This document shows positions 42,988-49,367 of a stretch of 49,502 nt of DNA, piece by piece (positions within the stretch are counted from its first letter, which is position 1; the number at the start of each line of letters is the position of its first letter). The notes beneath the pieces are model-generated. The model did not search any database and had not been told where the DNA came from. It saw only the letters and a program-made list of their open reading frames with translations. Source of the DNA: a virus. The DNA is taken from the IMG/VR virus record IMGVR_UViG_3300042273_000055; one strand, written 5' to 3'. The position numbers and the translations under genes are program-made.

Positions 42988-43452
42988 GGTGGATACCTCG
43001 GTTGCCCGGATGGGCGGGGGAAGGGGTGATGCAGTGGCCGGGCATCACTCCGGCGCGCCTTAACAATGCGGTGGCTCCGCAAGAGGGCTCCCGACCTTTC
43101 GGCCCGCAAGGAACTCCCTCTGACGACTTTCTTCCCCGGTGCGCCTGGCTCCGGCATTTCTTCTGTTTGCGTGTCTATGGCTGCCACGCCGCACTGCATC
43201 GGGGGTCGGCCTGGACGCGGAGCTTTCACCGCGATCTGCCAATTTGCCGGCCGGGCTGTCGAGCAAGCCGACCTCCGATGCAGGCTCGTTACGTGAGCCA
43301 TTCGGCCTGCTACCGATACCCGGCAGGCGCTAGGCAGGAGTTGTCTTCCGTGACGCCGGATCGGCTCCAGCTGAGGGTCATGGCGCTACCAGCACCGCGC
43401 GCCGTACGGTTATCGCAGACCTGTGGGTCTGGCCTGGCTGGTTCAGGCGGGG
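42988..43452 (-). ncRNA. Candidate structured non-coding RNA or cis-element (465 nt) inside the early-left operon
   Basis: No ORF has gene-like third-position GC. There is a 17-bp long-range inverted repeat (43194-43210 / 43267-43283, 1 mismatch), several local hairpins, and GGAGCC x4 on the - strand. Confidence 0.3.
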
Positions 43453-43644
43453 TTATTTGGTGCGGGCCTGTGCTGATGTCATGGCATCTCGTGATGCCTC
43501 CCAGCCGGCGCAAAAGTTGTTATAGCTAACCAACTCATCAGCGGCTTTGAACGCCCGCCTCCAGTGAGCATCTGTTTCGCCTTCGAGCAGCCTGCTGGCT
43601 ACTCTGTAGCGGTAATGCTTAAAGGCTTTCTCCATCTCTTCCAT
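43453..43644 (-). CDS. Hypothetical protein (63 aa)
   Basis: ATG at 43644 preceded by AAGGAGAG. Confidence 0.55.
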   Translation of the reverse strand: MEEMEKAFKHYRYRVASRLLEGETDAHWRRAFKAADELVSYNNFCAGWEASRDAMTSAQARTK

Positions 43645-43726
43645 CACTTCTCTCCTTTCTCTCTCCACCACTCCCACCCCCACAGCGCAGCTAGTACGCT
43701 GATGAGGAGGAGGGTTTGGGGTAGGG

Positions 43727-44026
43727 TTAGCATGGGGCGCCGCGGGCCTTGGCGATGGCCTCGGCAAGCCCGCGCATGTGCGGGCAAGTGAGCCCGTCAG
43801 CGGCGATTCCGTAGCGCTGCATCACGTCAGCTAGCAGCGCCTCGGCGTGCGTGTAGAGTTCCTTAGCGGCAGCCAGCAGACGAGCGTCATTCATGTCGTG
43901 CTCGCCTGTAACGCTTCGCTCAATGACGGCCACGCCTGGCTCAATGAAGATGTAAAACTCCGACTTCTGCCCGGTCGTTTCAAGTTCGCTGACGTACCAG
44001 TCTCCTGGCGTAAATCCTTCGCTCAT
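43727..44026 (-). CDS. Hypothetical protein (99 aa)
   Basis: GC3-rich ORF with AGGAGGAT upstream. Confidence 0.6.
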   Translation of the reverse strand: MSEGFTPGDWYVSELETTGQKSEFYIFIEPGVAVIERSVTGEHDMNDARLLAAAKELYTHAEALLADVMQRYGIAADGLTCPHMRGLAEAIAKARGAPC

Positions 44027-44064
44027 CTCATCCTCCTATGTGCTGATGTGGGACAGTGGGGCGG

Positions 44065-44277
44065 TTAGGCCTCGATGCCGAAGTGCTTCCTGGCTACTTG
44101 CTCGCCGATCTCATCCAGCAATTCGCCGGCCCCGAAGTAGTTCACGATCTGCTCGATGTCGAAGTTGTCCAGCACCGTGGCGCCGTCCGCGTCGTATGCC
44201 GAGACGCCCATCAGCGTGCGGCTGGCTGGGTTTACGTCGATCTTGTAGGCTTCGAAATTCAAAACGCTGATGTTCAT
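44065..44277 (-). CDS. Acidic hypothetical protein (70 aa), first gene of the PL operon
   Basis: GC3 above 80% by my count. RBS is GGAAGGAG. Confidence 0.65.
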   Translation of the reverse strand: MNISVLNFEAYKIDVNPASRTLMGVSAYDADGATVLDNFDIEQIVNYFGAGELLDEIGEQVARKHFGIEA

Positions 44278-44666
44278 TGCTCACTCCTTCCAGTGGATTC
44301 CTCCTGATGCGCCCCGCTTGAGGCGCACCGAGGAATCGTCTGTCTTGCTGGCCTCCGTTACTTGCCACGGTGGGCTGGGCTGAACTGTCAAGGAATCCTT
44401 GGTAGTTCGATCTCGTTGCGCGTCTGCCGGAGTCATCTCTCTGCCCGCTGCCGCTACTGGCGTCGCATCGGGTGGCTGCGCAACTTCGCGTGGCTGCATG
44501 TGGAGCCACGGCCAGTTCCAGAGCTGGCATGGGGCGGGGAATTTGTAGAGCGCGCTGTTTGCCGAAGCAGACCCCGCCGCGCTGATCTCAATTTGTTAAA
44601 GAGTTTCCGGGGATTCACCCGAGGCCCCTTTCGAGGCCCTGAAGCGTGTCTCGCTTCGATGGGTGA

Positions 44667-44695
44667 ACTATGAACCGTGCGTTCACATTGGTCAA
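44667..44695 (-). promoter_or_regulatory. PL-type early-left promoter: TTGACC, 17 nt, CATAGT, with an A/T-rich UP-like tract upstream
   Basis: On the - strand: GAAAAATATGTACTTTTGGTTC-TTGACC-AATGTGAACGCACGGTT-CATAGT. Confidence 0.6.
44671..44685. promoter_or_regulatory. OL operator, a 15-bp palindrome TGAACCGTGCGTTCA inside the PL spacer
   Basis: A perfect TGAAC-N5-GTTCA. The same architecture appears at 45653-45667 and 45677-45691. Confidence 0.55.
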
Positions 44696-44765
44696 GAACC
44701 AAAAGTACATATTTTTCGAATAGGCGAACGAAACCGCCCCGAGGCTCCGCCGAGGCCCTCTTGAG

Positions 44766-44822
44766 GGAATCAGGAATCAGGAATCAGGAATCAGGAATCA
44801 GGAATCAGGAATCAGGAATCAG
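44766..44822. repeat. Tandem heptamer repeat (GGAATCA) x8
   Basis: Counted directly: 8 perfect copies at 44766-44821, plus a trailing G. Confidence 0.95.
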
Positions 44823-44835
44823 CCGGGCTCGACAT

Positions 44836-44856
44836 GGCCTAGGACAGTCCTAGGCC
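44836..44856. repeat. Perfect 10-bp-arm palindrome GGCCTAGGAC-A-GTCCTAGGCC (hairpin downstream of the repressor gene)
   Basis: Read directly. There is no U-tract on either strand. Confidence 0.7.
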
Positions 44857-44901
44857 CGTACATTGGCTGGATGGTGCGGAATAGAAGGGTTTGCGGCTAT
44901 T

Positions 44902-45627
44902 TCAGCCGAGTGCGCCACCGCGCCAGATCACTCTGCCGATGATAGGTACATCGTGCATTGATGCCGGAGAGACTTCCTCGTCCGGGTAGCGCGCTTTGTC
45001 TGGGTTGTCGCTGCGAATCAGCCAATTGCCAGATATCTGCTGAGCCATTCGCTTGATGCTTATGCTGCCGTCTGGTCGCCGGATCGCATACACCTGGCGG
45101 TCACGCGGAATGGTGTCTGCGCTATCGAACAGCACTACGTCACCGTCGAATATGAACGGCTCCATGCTGCTGCCGCTGGCGTAGATGACGAACAGATGCT
45201 GGGGTTTGGCGCCCATTCGGCGCAGCCAGTCCCTCTTGAATGCCAGGCCGCCGTTGACCTCAACATGATCGTTCAGCAGGCCTTCGCCGCAATGCCCCTG
45301 CGCGCTGTACTGCGGGATGAGGGCGTAGTCGTCGGAGCTGGGGGATTGGCCAGTATTGGGCGAGGCTGGCTGGTCGCCCACTGAAAGCATCGAGCCTTCG
45401 CCGTACTGAAGCCATTCGATGCGGACTTTCAATGCGGACGCTATAGCCTTCATGTTCTCGCGGCCCGGCATCGTCTCGGCGTTAAGCCATTTACTCGCGG
45501 CCTTCGCTGTCTTGCCCGTAATTTCGGAAAGGCGAGCGCCGGCGCCCCACTCAGGAATTCCCATTTCTGAAAGGGCTTTCTTGAGGCGGCTGGCGAATTC
45601 GGTGCGTAAATCTTGTGATTGAACCAT
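44902..45627 (-). CDS. cI: CI-type repressor (N-terminal HTH + S24 LexA-like peptidase domain)
   Basis: HTH: [21 protein letters not shown]24: ASGSSMEP...SIKRM. I placed the start at MVQSQD (45627) because the 45699 start would leave no room for promoters. Confidence 0.88.
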   Translation of the reverse strand: MVQSQDLRTEFASRLKKALSEMGIPEWGAGARLSEITGKTAKAASKWLNAETMPGRENMKAIASALKVRIEWLQYGEGSMLSVGDQPASPNTGQSPSSDDYALIPQYSAQGHCGEGLLNDHVEVNGGLAFKRDWLRRMGAKPQHLFVIYASGSSMEPFIFDGDVVLFDSADTIPRDRQVYAIRRPDGSISIKRMAQQISGNWLIRSDNPDKARYPDEEVSPASMHDVPIIGRVIWRGGALG

Positions 45628-45647
45628 CCGTTCATGTTCGCACTTGC

Positions 45648-45677
45648 TTGCATGAACATTCAGTTCCGGCTTAACAT
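45648..45677 (+). promoter_or_regulatory. PR-type promoter: TTGCAT, 18 nt, TAACAT
   Basis: Hexamers read directly. Operators overlap the spacer and the start region. Confidence 0.5.
45653..45667. promoter_or_regulatory. OR operator candidate TGAACATTCAGTTCC
   Basis: Matches TGAAC-N5-GTTCA at 14 of 15 positions of the palindrome frame. Confidence 0.5.
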
Positions 45678-45691
45678 GTACCGTAAGTACA
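45677..45691. promoter_or_regulatory. OR operator candidate TGTACCGTAAGTACA
   Basis: A perfect TGTAC-N5-GTACA. It shares TGNACCGT..GTNCA with OL. Confidence 0.5.
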
Positions 45692-45713
45692 GAATTCATA
45701 GCCGGAGGCCTCC

Positions 45714-45944
45714 ATGAGTGCTCTAAAGGAATCGATCGATAAGGTCGGCGGGGTCGCTAAGGCCTCCGCGATTTGTGGCGTAAGTCAGCGGGCTATTTAC
45801 AAGTGGCTGGCAGCTGCTGCCCTGCCGCGCACCGAATACACGGGCGAGACGTGTTACGCCCAAATACTTGCAGAAGCATCTGGTGGCGAGTTCACGGCTG
45901 AATGGCTGCTCGCCGAGTCAAGCCCCAAGAAAACGGCTGCATAA
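45714..45944 (+). CDS. cro: Cro-like HTH regulator
   Basis: Divergent from c[20 protein letters not shown] is the HTH. Confidence 0.8.
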   Translation: MSALKESIDKVGGVAKASAICGVSQRAIYKWLAAAALPRTEYTGETCYAQILAEASGGEFTAEWLLAESSPKKTAA

Positions 45945-45955
45945 GGAAATCGACC

Positions 45956-46150
45956 ATGTACCACGACCCCAAACATCTGCGTGACCACATCACGAAGGTG
46001 CGTCTCGACGAAGACACAGACGAGCTTCTGCAGTCGCTGGCGAAGTTCCATCGCACCCAGAAAGCCGTACTGGCTCGCGAGCTGCTGGAAGCCAGCCTGC
46101 GGGACATGCTTTCGCGTCTTGAGGATACCGAAGCAGAGCAGATGGCCTGA
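45956..46150 (+). CDS. Ribbon-helix-helix protein 1
   Basis: ITKVRLDEDTDELLQSLAKFHRTQKAVLARELLEASL. RBS is AAGGAAA. Confidence 0.65.
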   Translation: MYHDPKHLRDHITKVRLDEDTDELLQSLAKFHRTQKAVLARELLEASLRDMLSRLEDTEAEQMA

Positions 46151-46169
46151 AGGCCTCAAAGGGGGCCTC

Positions 46170-46382
46170 ATGGCTGAACAAGAAGTCGCTCTTGATGAGC
46201 GCTACCAGCGCGCATTGCATGAGCTAGCAAGGCAGGAAGGCAAGTCGCCAGAAGACCTGGGCGGCGAACTGATCAGGGATCAACTGCGGAAGATCACTGA
46301 GCCGAAAGGCAATACCGGAAAGGTGCAGCCGTTTCGGAGGAGGGCAGGCCCTAAGAAGGGACCGAAATCGTCAAGGCACTGA
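46170..46382 (+). CDS. Ribbon-helix-helix protein 2 with a basic tail
   Basis: EVALDERYQRALHELARQEGKSPEDLGGELIRDQL, then KVQPFRRRAGPKKGPKSSRH. Confidence 0.6.
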   Translation: MAEQEVALDERYQRALHELARQEGKSPEDLGGELIRDQLRKITEPKGNTGKVQPFRRRAGPKKGPKSSRH

Positions 46383-46566
46383 ATCAGCTCGGCGTGCGCT
46401 GCACCTTGGACAAGGTGTTTCCACCCTCATCGGTGCGTTCGAGCGAAGCGGCATAAGAGACATCCCTGTCAGTGGTTTCCATGGTTCCCATCTTAGGGCC
46501 AGCGGATCGGACAGGTAAGCGAAGCGCAGATGGTGTTGGTTTATCCAGTACCTGCCGGGAGTAGAG

Positions 46567-47076
46567 ATGAAGAAGCAGCTGACGTACGAAAGAGCACACG
46601 AGCTTTACCAGTACATGGACGGCGTCCTAGTCAACAAGATCGGAAGGCAGCGAGCCCCTAAGGGCGCTGTAGTCGGTACTCCTGACGGGAATGGCTACCT
46701 GATTGCGATGGCGGATGGCGTACGGATCAAGGTGCATCGGATTGTTTGGCTGATGCACTACGGGTCATGGCCAGCCAAGGCAATCGATCACGTAAACGGC
46801 GACCGCTCAGACAACCGAATCGAGAACCTGCGTGACGTAGACCAGCTGGAGAACAGCCGGAACCAGCAGCGGCGATCCACAAACAGCTCTGGGGTCACTG
46901 GTGTTTTTTGGAACTACATCCACCGGAAGTGGCAGGCAAGCATTTCCGTGGAAGGAAAGAAGATTTTCCTAGGCCGGTTTAGCGACATCTGCGCAGCCGA
47001 GAAGGCTAGGAAAGATGCAGAAGCAAAGTACGGGTTTCACCCGAACCACGGCAGAAATCCAGTTCCAAGGCAATAA
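46567..47076 (+). CDS. HNH (HNH_3) + AP2-domain homing endonuclease
   Basis: IDHVNGDRSDNRIENLR (HNH) and SGVTGVFWNYIHRKWQASISVEGKKIFLGRF (AP2-like). Confidence 0.85.
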   Translation: MKKQLTYERAHELYQYMDGVLVNKIGRQRAPKGAVVGTPDGNGYLIAMADGVRIKVHRIVWLMHYGSWPAKAIDHVNGDRSDNRIENLRDVDQLENSRNQQRRSTNSSGVTGVFWNYIHRKWQASISVEGKKIFLGRFSDICAAEKARKDAEAKYGFHPNHGRNPVPRQ

Positions 47077-47106
47077 AAAACCCGGTGGGAAAGACCGGGT
47101 TCTTCA
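47075..47106 (+). terminator. Hairpin terminator after the HNH gene
   Basis: AACCCGGT-GGGAAAG-ACCGGGTT, flanked by an A-run upstream and TTCTTC downstream. Confidence 0.65.
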
Positions 47107-47132
47107 ACAGCATGTTGCGAGGTAGAGAGATC

Positions 47133-47858
47133 ATGACACATCAGATAATTCCTTTCAACTTCCAGGGCTCTGACGTTCGAGTAATCGATTCCGATGGCGA
47201 GCCTTGGTTTGTGGCGGTCGACGTCGCCGAGGCGCTTGGCTACTCAAAGCCGTTCAACGCTGTCTCGCGCCACTGCAAGGCTGCGACCACTACCCCGAAA
47301 CAGGGTGGTGGCACGATGACCATCATCCCGGAGCGCGACGTCTACCGGCTTGTCATGCGTTCGAAGATGCAGGCGGCTGAGCGATTCGAGGAGTGGGTAG
47401 TCGGCGAGGTTCTTCCAAGTATCCGCAAGACCGGAAGCTACCAGCACCAAGCTGTCTCACCCGCGAGCATTTCCCATCTTGAAACTGCGCGCATGCTGGT
47501 TGCCGCCCTTGAGATTCAAGAGCAACAGGCCGCCCAGCTGGCAATCGCAGCGCCGAAGGTTGAGTTCGTTGATCGCTACGTAGAGAACACCGGAACGCTG
47601 ACCTTCCGCCAGGTGGCCAAGCTGCTTAAGGCCAATGAGCGCGTGCTGCGTCAGCTGCTCATCAACGGCCATGTCATGTACCGCCTGAATGGCGTGATGA
47701 CCCCGTACCAGAACCATATCGACGCCGGCCGCTTCGAGGTGAAGACCGGCACATCCGAGCGCAATAACCACGCCTTTGCACAAGCCCGCTTCACTCCAAA
47801 AGGCGTCCAGTGGATTGCTGGCCTGTGGGCGTCGCACACCATGCAGGAGGCCGCATGA
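47133..47858 (+). CDS. Antirepressor (BRO-N + KilA-C domains)
   Basis: IPFNFQGSDVRVIDSDGEPWFVAVDVAEALGY (BRO-N). PKVEFVDRYVENTGTLTFRQVAKLL (KilA-C). Confidence 0.85.
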   Translation: MTHQIIPFNFQGSDVRVIDSDGEPWFVAVDVAEALGYSKPFNAVSRHCKAATTTPKQGGGTMTIIPERDVYRLVMRSKMQAAERFEEWVVGEVLPSIRKTGSYQHQAVSPASISHLETARMLVAALEIQEQQAAQLAIAAPKVEFVDRYVENTGTLTFRQVAKLLKANERVLRQLLINGHVMYRLNGVMTPYQNHIDAGRFEVKTGTSERNNHAFAQARFTPKGVQWIAGLWASHTMQEAA

Positions 47859-48574
47859 TGGCCAGATCGCGCAATATCAAGCCAGGCTTCTTTCAAAACG
47901 AAGACCTGCAAGAGCTCGACTTCGCCACTCGCCTGTTCTTCATCGGCCTCTGGACTGAAGCTGATAAGGAAGGCCGCCTCGAAGACCGCCCGAAGAAGCT
48001 GAAGAACGCGCTCTTCCCGGCTGACGACGTTGAAGTCGAGCAAATGCTGGAAGGCCTGGCCGCATACGGCTTCATCAGCCGCTATGAGCGCGCCGGCAAA
48101 AAGATCATCCAGATCGTGAAGTGGGCGAAGCACCAGAACCCGCACCGCCGCGAAGCGCCGAGCACTCTGCCTGCCGAGAACGATGAGGTCGTGGAGGAAG
48201 AGCAGCAGGCCGAATCAGGGCCTCAAAAAGCTGACACTGAGGCTGCATTCGAAACCTTCTGGAAGCTGTACCCGCGCAAGACCGCCAAGGACAACGCCCG
48301 CAAGGCCTTCGCGAAGATCAATCCAGATGCCGAGCTGCTGGCTCAGATCCTCGAGTCTCTGGCCAAGCACTGCACCTGCCAGAGCTGGCTGAAGGACGAC
48401 GGGCAGTTCATCCCGCACGCCTCGACTTGGCTGAATCAGAAGCGCTGGAACGATGAAGTGAAGCCGGCAGGCAATGTCCACCAGTTCCCTGGCGCCTCGC
48501 GTCACACCGGCTTCGATCAGCGCGACTACAGTGCCGGCCTGGTACAGCGGGAGGATGGCACCTATGGCATCTAA
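47855..48574 (+). CDS. Replication initiator/organiser (O-like, DUF1376/DnaD-like)
   Basis: SRNIKPGFFQNEDLQELDFATRLFFIGLWTEADKEGRL. It is followed by the helicase loader. Confidence 0.7.
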   Translation: MMARSRNIKPGFFQNEDLQELDFATRLFFIGLWTEADKEGRLEDRPKKLKNALFPADDVEVEQMLEGLAAYGFISRYERAGKKIIQIVKWAKHQNPHRREAPSTLPAENDEVVEEEQQAESGPQKADTEAAFETFWKLYPRKTAKDNARKAFAKINPDAELLAQILESLAKHCTCQSWLKDDGQFIPHASTWLNQKRWNDEVKPAGNVHQFPGASRHTGFDQRDYSAGLVQREDGTYGI

Positions 48575-49367
48575 CGCTATGGCTAACGTTGAGCCAATTG
48601 GCGGCGGCAACGAGAAGGCCCGCCAAGCCACGTGTGAGAAGCACGGTGAGTTCGTCCAGCGCGTGACGTCCATCCTTGGAAAGGAGTTCACCACCGCGTG
48701 TCCTGAATGCCAGAAGGAGCGGCGCGAGAAAGAAGAAGCGGAAGAGCGTGCACGACAGGTTCGCCTTGAGCGCTATCACCTCGAATCGAAGCTGGGCGCG
48801 GCCATGATCCCTCCGCGGTTCGCATGCAAGACCTTTGACGACTACCAGGCGAAGACCCCTGAGCAGAAGAAGGCGCTTCAGGTCTGCATGGACTACGTCA
48901 AGAACTTCGAGGAGAACGCGAGGGCCGGGCGCTGCCTGCTCATGTTTGGCAAGCCGGGTACCGGCAAGACGCACCTCGCGTCCGCAATCGCCAATGACGT
49001 TAACGGCTTCACCGATAGATCGGCGGTGTACCGCACGGTCGGCGGGATGTTGCAGGCGCTCAAGGCGACGTACTCGAACGGCTCAAGCCACACCGAAAGC
49101 CAGATCATGGAAGGGCTCACTTCGCCAGACCTCCTCATCCTGGATGAGATAGGCGCGACCAAGGCGACCGAGTTCGAGCTTGCCGTTCTGTTCGCGGTCA
49201 TCAATGCCCGATACGAGAAAGTCCTTCCGACCCTGATCGTCTCAAACCTGATGCCTGCAGAGCTGGCCGGCGCCATCGGTGAGCGCTGCGTCGATCGTTT
49301 GCGCGAGGGTGGCGCAATCGCGCTGGTATTTGATTGGGAATCGGCGCGCGCGGGGCTTAAAGCATGA
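48564..49367 (+). CDS. DnaC/IstB-like AAA+ helicase loader
   Basis: Walker A: GKPGTGKTHLA. Walker B: LLILDEIG. Confidence 0.85.
   Translation: MASNAMANVEPIGGGNEKARQATCEKHGEFVQRVTSILGKEFTTACPECQKERREKEEAEERARQVRLERYHLESKLGAAMIPPRFACKTFDDYQAKTPEQKKALQVCMDYVKNFEENARAGRCLLMFGKPGTGKTHLASAIANDVNGFTDRSAVYRTVGGMLQALKATYSNGSSHTESQIMEGLTSPDLLILDEIGATKATEFELAVLFAVINARYEKVLPTLIVSNLMPAELAGAIGERCVDRLREGGAIALVFDWESARAGLKA

Noticed and set aside
42984-43301. 105-aa ORF on the - strand inside the spacer. Because it is basic and disordered, I considered it as an N-like antiterminator.
   Set aside because: Third-position GC is only about two-thirds by my count, against above 80% in neighbours. It uses many AGG/AGA/CGA/TTG/GGA codons, has no RBS, and is not the first gene after PL. 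Its stop does overlap the next ATG (ATGA), so I cannot fully exclude translation.
44281-44702. ORFs of 72 aa (44281-44499) and 82 aa (44454-44702, TTG start) in the PL leader, considered as N-like genes
   Set aside because: Third-position GC is near bulk composition. There is no RBS. The 82-aa ORF would start upstream of the predicted transcription start. The sequences look like translated non-coding DNA.
44766-44822. The heptamer array as an Rsm/CsrA-titrating sRNA
   Set aside because: The GGA motifs are present only on the + strand. The A/T-rich tract at 44697-44720 is better explained as the UP element of leftward PL. There is no U-tract terminator on the + strand. I kept this only as a testable side hypothesis in the findings.
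45677-45691. The palindrome at OR as a LexA SOS box
   Set aside because: It reads TGTAC-N5-GTACA. It does not fit CTG-N10-CAG, and its closest match is the OL palindrome, so it is more likely a phage repressor operator.
45628-45699. The repressor start at 45699, as in the ORF track
   Set aside because: It would leave only 14 bp between divergent genes, and the N-terminal 24 codons cover the operator and promoter sequences. The internal ATG at 45627 gives a normal HTH N-terminus.
46384-46599. 71-aa ORF on the - strand between RHH-2 and the HNH gene
   Set aside because: It runs convergent to the operon, has weak codon bias and no RBS, and overlaps the HNH start. I treat it as non-coding, although a 35-aa version cannot be excluded.
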